Shown one piece after another: positions 38,471-48,020 of a stretch of 64,000 bases of DNA; position 1 is the first letter of the stretch, and each line of letters opens with the position of its first letter. The stretch is from an uncultured delta proteobacterium (GTDB lineage Bacteria > Desulfobacterota > Binatia > UBA9968), in NCBI GenBank assembly GCA_963737905.1, contig CAVTUQ010000009.1:64001-128000 (forward strand), given 5' to 3'. Under the pieces are notes generated by a model that made no database searches, was not told the origin of the DNA, and worked only from the letters and a program-made list of their open reading frames with translations. The position numbers and the translations under genes are program-made.

Positions 38471-38471
38471 T

Positions 38472-39224
38472 ATGCATCAGATCGAGCTGCGAAACATCAG
38501 CGTTCACTATGAATCCGCCGGTAACTCTGTGACGGCGCTTCAAAATATCAGCTTCAGCGTGGAAGCAGCAGAATTTTTATGTGTCGTGGGCCAGAGCGGC
38601 TGTGGTAAAACCACGATGCTCAACATCGTTGCCGGTTTTCTCAAGCCCACCCAAGGGGAAATTTTGATCAGCGGGAAGACTGTGACAGGCAAGGGGCTTG
38701 ACCGTGGCATTGTGTTTCAGGATTTCGCCCAGCTCTTTCCCTGGCGAACAGCCCAGCGAAACATCGAGTTTGGCCTGGAAATGAAAGGGATAGCGAAGGA
38801 GGAGAGGGCGGAGATCGCCCTGCGATTTCTCCGTCTGGTGAATCTCGATAAATTTGCTCGTTCCTATCCTCACGAGCTATCCGGCGGGATGCAGCAGCGC
38901 GTTGCCATCGCCAGAGCCCTCGCCTATAATCCGGCGGTCTTGCTCATGGATGAGCCCTTCGCGGCGCTGGACGCTCTCACTCGCGAAGAGATGCAGCGCT
39001 TCCTCGTCGACGTATGGAGGGAAACCAAAAAGACCGTCGTCTATGTAACCCACAACGTCGCCGAGGCCGTGTTTCTGGCCGACCGCGTCATCGTCTTTTC
39101 GCCGCATCCCGGGACAGTGAAAGCTCAGGTGAAAATCACGCTGCCGAGGCCTCGGGACACTTTGAGCGTCGAGTTCCTTGAGTATCAGAAAGAAATCGTT
39201 GGCCACATCGTCAGCCGCCAATGA
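38472..39224 (+). CDS. ABC transporter ATP-binding protein (SsuB/TauB type)
   Basis: GQSGCGKTT, LSGGMQQR, LLMDEPF, VTHN. Confidence 0.93.
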   Translation: MHQIELRNISVHYESAGNSVTALQNISFSVEAAEFLCVVGQSGCGKTTMLNIVAGFLKPTQGEILISGKTVTGKGLDRGIVFQDFAQLFPWRTAQRNIEFGLEMKGIAKEERAEIALRFLRLVNLDKFARSYPHELSGGMQQRVAIARALAYNPAVLLMDEPFAALDALTREEMQRFLVDVWRETKKTVVYVTHNVAEAVFLADRVIVFSPHPGTVKAQVKITLPRPRDTLSVEFLEYQKEIVGHIVSRQ

Positions 39225-39309
39225 TATTCGATTGGGGAAGGAATGCATGAACAAAAAAATCCGGCGGTGAGCCGAGTCGCACGATACCGATGCGGGGCAC
39301 TTTCGTTGT

Positions 39310-39440
39310 CTGCTGCACCTAGGCTCTGGGATCTCTTCGAACAGAGGAAGCTCTTGGCTGAGCTAGCCGCGAAGGGCCGGCGGCCGACGATGTTTCCCGA
39401 CATAGGTTTTGTAGAACCGGGTGGGCTTATGAGTATTCTT
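39310..39440 (+). pseudogene. Fragment resembling an ABC substrate-binding protein
   Basis: FEQRKLLAELAAKGRRPTMFPDIGFVEPGGLMS resembles the LAAKHRLPAM...FVEAGGLMSYG segment of that family. Confidence 0.4.
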
Positions 39441-39616
39441 TGTGCGCGAGAAGACGGGTCCAAGCCTTACCGATATCGGCACGGGAGATGAGTCCTAGCG
39501 AGAAGAATAGATTGGTTTGCAGCGGCTCTTATGAACCGCCACGTCAACGCCATTGCGGCCGACTGAGTGCCTGTAGCTACCGAGCGGTCCGACCCGTGCT
39601 CCCCATCGATAGTTGC

Positions 39617-40267
39617 CTAGGCCGTCTTAGCGAACCCTTCATTCACTTCTTTCTCGAAGGCGAGCAGCTTCTGGACGCTCGGGCGCTCCTGCATACGCTT
39701 GAAATGCGCCGCGACGTTGGGGAAGTCTGAAAGGCTCACCTCCAACTGGGTGGCGCGGCGGCAGCACCAAAAGAAATGCGCGTCCGGGGCGGTGAAATGG
39801 TCGAAGAAATGCTCACGTCCGGCCAGCATATCGTCGGCGATCCGGAAGTTCTCGAACAGATTTTCCGTGGCCAACTTAACGACGCTGTCGGACGCGCCCG
39901 TTGCGTCGCAGACCTTGGGCGGGTTGTTGATCCGGCTCAGATAGGGGTGGATGCCGCTGGCACACCAGGCGTGGAGCGAGATTGCCTTCAACTCGTCCCA
40001 CGGATCGCTGGGCAGGATCTTCGCGGCGGGGAAGGTCCGATGGACCCATTGATGGATGGCGACGTTCTCGGTCAGTATCTTGCCGTCGACCACAAGCGCA
40101 GGCACCTTGTGCTTGGGGTTGATTTTCAGGTACTCGGGCGAGAAATTCTGCCGCTTGCGGAAATTAAGCGGCCGGGCCTCGAAGTCGGCGCCCGCTTCGG
40201 TCAGCGTGACATAGGGCGCGAGCGCGCAGGTGTTGGGGGCGTAGTAAAGAGCGAGTTCCATATTCAC
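39617..40267 (-). CDS. Glutathione S-transferase
   Basis: LYYAPNTCA, YLKINPKHKVPAL, LTENVAI, FTAPD. Confidence 0.9.
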   Translation of the reverse strand: MNMELALYYAPNTCALAPYVTLTEAGADFEARPLNFRKRQNFSPEYLKINPKHKVPALVVDGKILTENVAIHQWVHRTFPAAKILPSDPWDELKAISLHAWCASGIHPYLSRINNPPKVCDATGASDSVVKLATENLFENFRIADDMLAGREHFFDHFTAPDAHFFWCCRRATQLEVSLSDFPNVAAHFKRMQERPSVQKLLAFEKEVNEGFAKTA

Positions 40268-40464
40268 GTCTCCTCATTAGTTTGATTGATCAATCGCGAA
40301 TCTAGTACCAGCCTGTGGTAAGTGCAACCCATCCAAGAGCGGCAATCGTTCCAGACATACCCGGCACAATCGAGTTGGAGATGGATGCGGAGCTGACGCT
40401 CGAAGTGGCTATGGCAGAATTTCAGTCCACGAAAACCAACAATCGCTCTCGAAAGAGCCTTTAA

Positions 40465-41589
40465 CTAATTATCGAACCCGTACAACCGGGCGCAGTTGTC
40501 CCACAGATATTTCCGCTTGGTCTGATCACTGAACGGCAGCTTAAGAAAAGTTTCCACCGCGTGCGGATATTTTACGTCCAAGTGCGGGTAGTCGGTTGAA
40601 AAAACAATGTTGTCTTCCAGGCCGAAGTCGGGAAGATTCTTTGCCACCACTTCATCGCATTCCACTGCTCCCCAACACTGGCGCTGGAAGTATTCCAGCG
40701 GTTCGAGCTTCATTTCGGGATGTTCCGCGATGCCGGTCAATTCCGCGTATTCGCCCATGCGCCAAAGCAACCAGGGAATCCACGCGCAATTGCCTTCAAG
40801 ATAGGCGACTTTGAGCTTCGGAAATCGCTCCATCACGCCGCCGTAAATCATATCCGCGCAGACGAACATATTCGCCATGGGAAACGACAGCGTGTTGAAC
40901 ATGGCGAAGCTCGGGATGAATTGCGATAGCGCCGGCTGCGGCAGGAATACGCGACCGGCTTCGTGGAAGCCAACGGGAATACCCAGTTTCTGACACTCTC
41001 CCCACAGCGGATTGTAGTACGGATCGCTCCATTTACGGCCGTTCACATGATTGGGCCGCATCAGAATACTTCTGAACCCAAGCTCCTTGACAATGCGACG
41101 GGTTTCCTCGACGGCACAGGAGACATCGTGCGGCGCGACGATGGCCGCGCCGTACATGCGATGCGGGGCGAGCTTGCAGAAATCGTACAGCCAATCGTTG
41201 TAGGCTTTGGCGATGGCCGCAGCCAATTCCGGGTCCAGACCGTCGATGGCCAGAACAAACAATCCGCGGCTGGGATAGAGTATCGCGATATCCAGTCCTT
41301 CTTTGTCCATAGCGCCGAGTTGAGCAATGTTATCGAAGCCACGGGCTTCTTCTTCGGTGTACTTTTCTTTGAGGATTCGCTCGCGGATCGGTCCAAGAGC
41401 GGGACTCGATGTCTCGGGCGGGCGCGGCATGATCTTCCCGTCGACTTCAATACCGAGATCCCTCTTGTGGCGCGATAGTCCCACAGGCGCGCGATCGGCA
41501 AACTTCGGATCGATGTAGCGCTGCCAAAGATCGCAGGGCTCCATCACGTGCATATCTGAATCCATCGCTTTGAAACCGTTCTTCGCCAT
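40465..41589 (-). CDS. Amidohydrolase_2 family protein
   Basis: DSDMHV, AYNDWL, YLEGNCAW, FSTDYPH. Confidence 0.9.
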   Translation of the reverse strand: MAKNGFKAMDSDMHVMEPCDLWQRYIDPKFADRAPVGLSRHKRDLGIEVDGKIMPRPPETSSPALGPIRERILKEKYTEEEARGFDNIAQLGAMDKEGLDIAILYPSRGLFVLAIDGLDPELAAAIAKAYNDWLYDFCKLAPHRMYGAAIVAPHDVSCAVEETRRIVKELGFRSILMRPNHVNGRKWSDPYYNPLWGECQKLGIPVGFHEAGRVFLPQPALSQFIPSFAMFNTLSFPMANMFVCADMIYGGVMERFPKLKVAYLEGNCAWIPWLLWRMGEYAELTGIAEHPEMKLEPLEYFQRQCWGAVECDEVVAKNLPDFGLEDNIVFSTDYPHLDVKYPHAVETFLKLPFSDQTKRKYLWDNCARLYGFDN

Positions 41590-41610
41590 TTGACGCTCCT
41601 TAAATAACAG

Positions 41611-41673
41611 GTTTCGAGTTTAGGGTTTCGGGTCTCGCGTTAAACTCGACACTCGGAACTAGACACACGAAAC
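41611..41673. repeat. 7-nt tandem-repeat hairpin
   Basis: gtttcgagtttagggtttcggg ... ctcgacactcggaactagacacacgaaac. Confidence 0.6.
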
Positions 41674-41697
41674 GGCAAAAGTGCAGCGCCACCTTTG

Positions 41698-42732
41698 TTA
41701 CAGATTGTACATCGCTCGCGCGTTCTTCGCTAAAATCTTTTCCTTGGCAGAGGCGGAGATGTCTTCGCGCGCCATCAGTTTGTGGAGGTTTTCGGGAAAT
41801 TCATTATCCCAGTGTGGGATGTCCGAAGCGAAGACAAAGTGTTCCTCGCCCACGTAATTCAAAGTCTCGGGGATAAGTTTTTCTCCCGCCTCCACGCTGA
41901 AATAAACCGACCGCTCGCGCACGCATTCGCTGGGGGGCCGTTTCAAATCAGGCGTTTCGATCTTGCCGCGCTTCTCCCAGTGTTCGTCCATGCGGTCGAG
42001 CCAATAGGGCAGCCAAGTACAACCGATTTCCAGAAAAGCGACGTGCAACTTGGGAAAGCGTTCCAGCACGCCTTGAAAAATCATGCTGGTAAACTGCTGG
42101 AAAATGCCCACCGGAAAGGCCACGGTGTGGACTTCCGCAAACGTGTCGAACATGCCGGCGCCCAGCTCGTGGGCGCCATTGCGCGTGCCATGGACTCCGA
42201 TGACGCAGCCAAGATCTTGAGCTTCTTTATAAATCGGATCGTAGAAGCGATGACCCAGGGGCAGCTGCAAACCCACCGTCTTTGTCGAAGCACCGACGCA
42301 CCCGAGTTCTTTGACGGCTCGACGGATTTCCTTGGCGGCTTCTGCAGGATCCTGCTGGGGGAACAGTGCCACCGGTTTTAAACGGTCGGAAACCTTTGCC
42401 CAATGATCATGAACGTAATCATTGTAGGCGCGAGAGAGCGCGAGCGCATAGCCGGGCTCTCGGACACGGGATACGTCGCCGGCACCCGTCGAATACAGGA
42501 ACGCCAGCTCCATGTTGTGTTTATCCATGATCTGAAGCCAATCGGCCGCTTTGAGATCTCGGCGGCACCAGTCGCGATTGGCAGGAAGAGTTCCTTGAAG
42601 GTGTCCATCCCATGGTTCGCCGTGAAAAAGCGGCCCGCTGCGTTTGTCGTAGGGCGGTTTCAAGTACGAGCGGAGCAGATCGGTTTGTTCGATGAGATGA
42701 CCGTCGGCATCGATAACTGGAAAATTTGTCAT
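41698..42732 (-). CDS. Amidohydrolase_2 family protein
   Basis: IDADGH, AYNDY, FLEIGCTWLP, FASDIPH. Confidence 0.9.
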   Translation of the reverse strand: MTNFPVIDADGHLIEQTDLLRSYLKPPYDKRSGPLFHGEPWDGHLQGTLPANRDWCRRDLKAADWLQIMDKHNMELAFLYSTGAGDVSRVREPGYALALSRAYNDYVHDHWAKVSDRLKPVALFPQQDPAEAAKEIRRAVKELGCVGASTKTVGLQLPLGHRFYDPIYKEAQDLGCVIGVHGTRNGAHELGAGMFDTFAEVHTVAFPVGIFQQFTSMIFQGVLERFPKLHVAFLEIGCTWLPYWLDRMDEHWEKRGKIETPDLKRPPSECVRERSVYFSVEAGEKLIPETLNYVGEEHFVFASDIPHWDNEFPENLHKLMAREDISASAKEKILAKNARAMYNL

Positions 42733-42818
42733 AATCGCCTCCCTGAGTTGATGAGGATCCGTCGATCGTCGGAATAACAAACAGCGCAGGCGCTGTCAAA
42801 TTCGTTTTCCTGTCGATG

Positions 42819-42904
42819 TTCACCCTTCGAGAGTCTCAGGGCGAACGGAGGAGGCTTTGGAACTATTAATAAATTCCCGTTCGTGCTGAGCTTGTCGAAG
42901 CACA
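42819..42904. repeat. REP-like inverted pair
   Basis: cttcgagagtctcagggcgaacgg ... ccgttcgtgctgagcttgtcgaag. Confidence 0.65.
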
Positions 42905-42928
42905 CGAATTAGTTTTTCAACAGCGTGT

Positions 42929-43930
42929 TTACTTCCACAGCTCCGCCAGCCATCCCGAGCGCTTCAGCTCTTCGACGTAACTGTTGTCGTAATATGCCGT
43001 CATCGGCGTGCTGTTGGCCAATTTGGCGTCCACCAGATTAAATTGCGCCGACTGCTGGACAATGGGTTGGATGGAAGCCGCAGTCACGGTGGGATCTTTG
43101 ATAAACACCTCAAGCGCGAACCGGTAGGTCTGATCCAAAATATCCGGATCGGTTTGTCGGGTATATTTGGCCAGCACCGCCTTCGTTTGCTTCTCGTTGG
43201 CGAACATTTGCCTCACCCCTTCCATGGTCGCTTTGATCATTCCGATGACGACTTCGCGGTTCTTGACGGCGAAGGATTTTCGGGCGACCAACCCTTGGAT
43301 GAGGAACTCAACTCCGGCTTTTTTGAAATCTTTGGGGCTGACGAGCTCCCGATAGCCGTCTTTCATCAGGCGAAAGGTAAACGGGGCAGACGTAATAATG
43401 CCGTCGACCAGACCCTGCGAAAGACTGGTGATCGCCTGCGTGGTCGTGCCGGTTTGAACGATGTTAATTCCCTGTACGTTGTAAAGCTTTACGATGGCTT
43501 GCAGCGTGTAGTGTGGAATCGCTCCCAGCCTGCTAATACCGACTTTTTTCCCCGCCAGGTCCGCCGGCGTCCTGATGTCGGGTTTTACGATCAGGGATTG
43601 AATAGCGTAAGGAATGGTCGTCGCAACCTGCACGATATCCCCTCCCTGCAGCACGTTCGCCACCAGAGGAGGGCCGCCGCCGGCGCCGACTCCCGCCTGG
43701 CCACCGAGCATGGCCTGAATGATCACGGGCGATGCCCCTACGTAAATCATATCGACGTCCAGGCCGTGTTTTTCGTAATAGTGAGACTCCTTGGCGACCC
43801 ACCAGGGGAGGCTGGCGGCGCTGATAGGAGTAAAAGGAAAGGATACTTTGGTGGCCGCTTGCGCTGAAAAATCGAATGCGCTGACAAAAAAGAGAAAGGC
43901 GAGAAAAAAGGTTAGTGTGTTTCGTTTCAT
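42929..43930 (-). CDS. ABC substrate-binding protein (SsuA/NMT1/THI5-like)
   Basis: Signal peptide, WVAKE..YYEKHGLDV, DLAGKKVGISRLG. Confidence 0.85.
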   Translation of the reverse strand: MKRNTLTFFLAFLFFVSAFDFSAQAATKVSFPFTPISAASLPWWVAKESHYYEKHGLDVDMIYVGASPVIIQAMLGGQAGVGAGGGPPLVANVLQGGDIVQVATTIPYAIQSLIVKPDIRTPADLAGKKVGISRLGAIPHYTLQAIVKLYNVQGINIVQTGTTTQAITSLSQGLVDGIITSAPFTFRLMKDGYRELVSPKDFKKAGVEFLIQGLVARKSFAVKNREVVIGMIKATMEGVRQMFANEKQTKAVLAKYTRQTDPDILDQTYRFALEVFIKDPTVTAASIQPIVQQSAQFNLVDAKLANSTPMTAYYDNSYVEELKRSGWLAELWK

Positions 43931-43946
43931 AGAATTTCCCCTGGCC

Positions 43947-44024
43947 CGTCATTCCCGTATGCTTTCAGCGGGAATCCAGGCCGGTTCGGAACTGGACCTC
44001 CGACAAAAACATTGGGGGGTGACG
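43947..44024. repeat. REP-like inverted pair (gtcattcccg...gggaatccag type)
   Basis: cgtcattcccgtatgctttcagcgggaatccag ... ctggacctccg...gggtgacg. Confidence 0.6.
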
Positions 44025-44084
44025 CATTGAAGACAAGTCTCATCACACAGCTTCTTCTAACCCCGCAGTTTGTTTGCGGGTTGT

Positions 44085-45716
44085 TCAATCCGCGCCTCGA
44101 ACGCGATCGATGATAGCAGCAGGGTTATCGGGCGCGGAATCCCCACGCCACGCCACGTGACCATCGGGGCGCACTAGAACCATGGAGCGCTCGTAGGTTT
44201 CCCGCGCCCGGGGCTCATCCAAAGCCACAACTTCGAGAGGTAGACCGATTTTTTTTGCGGCGGTGGTGAAAGCCGTAGTGTCGGTGGGTGTTGAAGAAAG
44301 AACCAGCAAGGTAAAGCCCTTGCCGAATAGATCGAGAGTCGAACGGCCATCTTTTAGCCAAACATGGGGCGCGCGTGCTCCAGGCCAAGTGGTCGGCGTA
44401 TAATTCCCTTGATCGTCCTGCGGTGGCTCCGGTTCGTCGGGAATACAGATCGGCGATTGCCGGTAGCGATATCCAAATTCGATCCCCGGCGAATCGTTCT
44501 TAAATTCCTTGGCGCGCGTTCGAAGTATTGCTTCATGCGCTTTCCACCGTTGCCGTTGTCCCTCTTCGCTGTTTTCCTCCAGGATAGCGGAAAACGCGAC
44601 CTGAGTTTCGAAACCCGCGTGCATTTCGCTTGCTTCTTTCACATTGGTCATGGCCACGGGTTTTCGTTCCGGGCCATAACTGTCAAGCAAGCGCGCCCCT
44701 CCCCATCCTTGTAGAACCGCTGCAAGTTTCCATCCGAGATCCACCGCGTCGCCGATACCGGTGTTCATGCCGAAGCCCCCCGCCGGCCAATTCAGATGGG
44801 CAGCGTCACCAGCCAGGAACACGCGCTTGTCTTGATAAGATTCGGCAACCACGCAGTGTCCGGTCCATGGCCGAACCATCAGCAATTCAAACGGAATATT
44901 TTCGCCGAGCGCGTAACGCAACTTTTCCGGCGCGTTGAGCGAATCCAACTGTTCTTGCTTGACCCCGCGAATATTTAAACGCCAAAGCTCTTTGCCATCG
45001 ACGGCGGCAATGGCTCCCTGGACTCGCGGGTTGAGAATCTGATACTGCACGGCGGGGCCGTGAGGGGTCAGCGACAATAAAGGCGAACGAAACAACACGG
45101 CTACGTTCATGCCTTCGGCGAATACTCCTTCGAACTGAATGCCTAACTGGCGCCGAACCGTGCTGCGGCCGCCGTCGCAGCCGACCAAGTAAGCGGCTTC
45201 GATGCTCGAACGTTGACCGCTTGCGACATCGATAATATTCGCTACCACCTTCGCGTCATCCTGTCGAAAAGACTCCAGCGCGGTTTGATAACGTACCTCG
45301 ACGGTGGGCAGCGTGCTCACATGTTTACGCAACACCGGATCGAAGTAGGGTTTAGAAATCCACAGGCGTCCTTCCGGACTATAGGGCGAGCGCGAATTTG
45401 GGTCGCCGTTGGCGGGATGATCGAAGCGGGCGATTTCATAGCCGTTCATGCGCGTCACGAAAAGATAATTCCTCGGGTAATCCGTTGGATAGCCCGATTC
45501 GAAGCGCATGCGATCGGCTAAACCCCAGCGGCGCATGTGTTCGCAGGTTCGCGTGTTGGCGAGATTGGTCGTGGGAAAATCTACCTTGCCATCGGTTTGT
45601 TCGACCACGAGACAGCGAACGCCGCGCCAGGCCAATTCGATGGCCAGTGCCAGGCCGACGGGACCTGCGCCGGCGATGAGAACAGGGTAACGCTTTGAGG
45701 GCGCTGAATCACTCAT
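44085..45716 (-). CDS. FAD-dependent aromatic monooxygenase (PheA/TfdB-like)
   Basis: GAGPVGL, GCDGGRS, LAGDAAH, GMNTGIGDA, PGARAPH, LVRPDGHVAW. Confidence 0.9.
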   Translation of the reverse strand: MSDSAPSKRYPVLIAGAGPVGLALAIELAWRGVRCLVVEQTDGKVDFPTTNLANTRTCEHMRRWGLADRMRFESGYPTDYPRNYLFVTRMNGYEIARFDHPANGDPNSRSPYSPEGRLWISKPYFDPVLRKHVSTLPTVEVRYQTALESFRQDDAKVVANIIDVASGQRSSIEAAYLVGCDGGRSTVRRQLGIQFEGVFAEGMNVAVLFRSPLLSLTPHGPAVQYQILNPRVQGAIAAVDGKELWRLNIRGVKQEQLDSLNAPEKLRYALGENIPFELLMVRPWTGHCVVAESYQDKRVFLAGDAAHLNWPAGGFGMNTGIGDAVDLGWKLAAVLQGWGGARLLDSYGPERKPVAMTNVKEASEMHAGFETQVAFSAILEENSEEGQRQRWKAHEAILRTRAKEFKNDSPGIEFGYRYRQSPICIPDEPEPPQDDQGNYTPTTWPGARAPHVWLKDGRSTLDLFGKGFTLLVLSSTPTDTTAFTTAAKKIGLPLEVVALDEPRARETYERSMVLVRPDGHVAWRGDSAPDNPAAIIDRVRGAD

Positions 45717-45813
45717 AGGTTTGTCTTTAATAGTACCCTCAGTTTTGTCCTGTCAATACGGTTCTCGGCTTGACGCTGGATCACCCGTTGATATAAGGAG
45801 AGCGAACCCAGTC

Positions 45814-46809
45814 ATGAGAATCGATCGCGTTCTATTTATTTCCGTGCTGCTCCAGTTAATCATCTGGGCCAACGCCGAGAGTCAACCGCTCCATAAGATT
45901 CGCATCGGCTATCCGTCCATCAGCTCGCGACAGGGGCAGCTCTGGGTGGCGAAAGACGAAGGTCTTTTTCGCAAGTATGGACTTGACGTTGAGCTGATCT
46001 TTCTGCGCGGCGGGCAGGTGGCGATTCAAGCCCTCACCGGCGGCGATCCGCCCATTGTCACCATCGGCAATGTAATTATCGCCAACTTGCAAGGGCATGA
46101 CATCATGCTCGTGGGCTCGGTGGAAAACTCTTACGACCAGGTCGTTTTCGCCCGTCCGGGAACCGCGACGCAGATGGAGCAACTCAAGGGTAAGCGCTTC
46201 GGCATCAGCGGTTTCGGGTCGGCGACCCACAACGCGGCGCTGATTCTCTTCAAGAAATTCAATCTCGAACCCAACAAGGATGTCGCTTTCGTGCCGACGG
46301 GCACCGGGCCGGAACGGCTGGCGGCGATGGGCGCCGGCAGAATCGACGCGACCTTCTTTAACCCTTCGGAGGTGCCGCAAGCTTTGAAAGCGGGGCTGGT
46401 GGAAATCATTCAAATGGCCGACATCGGTTTCGAAGTTCAAGGCAGCGGGTTAGCCACGTCGCGCAGCTATATCAAAGCGTATCGCGACGTCGTCAAGTCG
46501 GCGCTGAAAGCCTACGTGGAAGGCATCTACTATATTTTTTCCAACAAACAGGCCACCTTGAAGAGTCTCGCCCGCTATATGCGCACCAACGATCAGGAAG
46601 TACTCGAATATTCCTACCAGCACTATCTGAAAAGAACGCCCAAGAAACCCTATCCGACGATGAAAGGCATACAGAATCTCATCGACATGTCCGCGGCCCA
46701 GATACCTCAGGCCAGGAGCGCCAAGCCGGAGCAATTCGTCGACTTGAGCTTTCTCCGTGAGCTCGAAGCGGAAAAGTTTTTTGACGAGATGGCGCGCCGA
46801 TATAGGTAG
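45814..46809 (+). CDS. ABC substrate-binding protein (SsuA/NMT1-like)
   Basis: Signal peptide, WVAKDEGLFRKYGLDV, LKGKRFGISGFGS. Confidence 0.85.
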   Translation: MRIDRVLFISVLLQLIIWANAESQPLHKIRIGYPSISSRQGQLWVAKDEGLFRKYGLDVELIFLRGGQVAIQALTGGDPPIVTIGNVIIANLQGHDIMLVGSVENSYDQVVFARPGTATQMEQLKGKRFGISGFGSATHNAALILFKKFNLEPNKDVAFVPTGTGPERLAAMGAGRIDATFFNPSEVPQALKAGLVEIIQMADIGFEVQGSGLATSRSYIKAYRDVVKSALKAYVEGIYYIFSNKQATLKSLARYMRTNDQEVLEYSYQHYLKRTPKKPYPTMKGIQNLIDMSAAQIPQARSAKPEQFVDLSFLRELEAEKFFDEMARRYR

Positions 46810-46840
46810 TCGAACCAAAGGCTACACAAAAGGAGAGACC

Positions 46841-47779
46841 ATGATCATCGATACTCATTTTCACGCATTCCCCGGTAAATTTCTCGAGCTTGTACCCGAT
46901 GCGCAAAATGACGTCAGGGGCGTGGGTTTCCACGCGTTCGATCACCGGGAGTACTTGAACGTTATGGATCAATACGGCATCGACATCGGCGTTCTTTCGA
47001 ACACCGGCGGGAGAATCGAGAAGGCAGGCGACCGCGGTAAGGCTTTGGATCTCTGCAAAATTCTCAATGACTCGTTTGCCGACGCTCATGCGAAACATCC
47101 GCGTCGCTTCAAAGCCTTCGCCCGGCTGCCGATGCTCGATATGGACGACTGCGTGGCAGAACTGGAGCGGTGTTACAAAGATCTCAAGATGCACGGTGTC
47201 ATGATGCCGACCAATGTTGCGGGCAGATATATCGACGAGCCGCAGTTCAAACCCTTTTGGGACGCCCTGGCCGCCGGCGATAAGCCGCTCTTTATCCATC
47301 CGGCCAACGCGCCGTGCCAGTCCAACTGGGACAAGTATTCGCTGCATCAAAAAATCCTCTGGCCGACGGATAGCACTCTGGCCATCTCACGGGTCGTCTA
47401 TGCCGGCATTTTCGACCGCTATCCTAACCTCAAGCTCATCGCCTCTCATTTGGGGGGTATGATCCTCCTGTATCTCGACCGGCTCAACTGGCGTGAGGGA
47501 AACCCGGAATGCAAGCAGGAGCCGGAAAAGTATTTTGGAAAAATCTACTACGACACCGCGGGGCCGATCCGCGCGGCTTTTATCAAGCTCGTTTACGATA
47601 CGGTGGGCGCCGACCAGATCCTCTTTGGCGCAGACTATCCCCATGGCCGGGACGGGAAGGACGATCAGTTCTATCCGATGACCCTAAAAGAGATGAAAGA
47701 GCTGGACATCCCGAACGCGGACAAGGAAAAGATCTACTACCGGAACGCGAAAGCGCTTTTTGGATTCGAAGAAGGATAG
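46841..47779 (+). CDS. Amidohydrolase_2 family (ACMSD/decarboxylase-like)
   Basis: IDTHFH, FIHP, SHLGG, YYDT, FGADYP; AGGAG RBS. Confidence 0.88.
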   Translation: MIIDTHFHAFPGKFLELVPDAQNDVRGVGFHAFDHREYLNVMDQYGIDIGVLSNTGGRIEKAGDRGKALDLCKILNDSFADAHAKHPRRFKAFARLPMLDMDDCVAELERCYKDLKMHGVMMPTNVAGRYIDEPQFKPFWDALAAGDKPLFIHPANAPCQSNWDKYSLHQKILWPTDSTLAISRVVYAGIFDRYPNLKLIASHLGGMILLYLDRLNWREGNPECKQEPEKYFGKIYYDTAGPIRAAFIKLVYDTVGADQILFGADYPHGRDGKDDQFYPMTLKEMKELDIPNADKEKIYYRNAKALFGFEEG

Positions 47780-47789
47780 ACACTATCGA

Positions 47790-48020
47790 CTAGCGCGGAT
47801 GATTCACTGGCAAGCGATGATCAAGGGACGAGCCCTCCGGGTCGACTGGAGAGGGAGTATAGTTCAAGGTTCAAAGTTCAATGTTCAAGGTCCGAAGCAA
47901 GTCCGAAACGTTGAACCTGGAACATTGAACCTTAAACACCCTTTTGCCTTCGCTCCTCCAAGCTCATCCGTTGATCGACAGTGTGTCGTGGTTTTTTTGG
48001 AGCGCGGACAATCCAGCTAG
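47790..48020. mobile_element. MITE-like element, copy 2, containing a 7-nt tandem hairpin (47861-47941)
   Basis: Ends similar to 5369-5607; core near-identical to 53006-53087. Confidence 0.7.
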
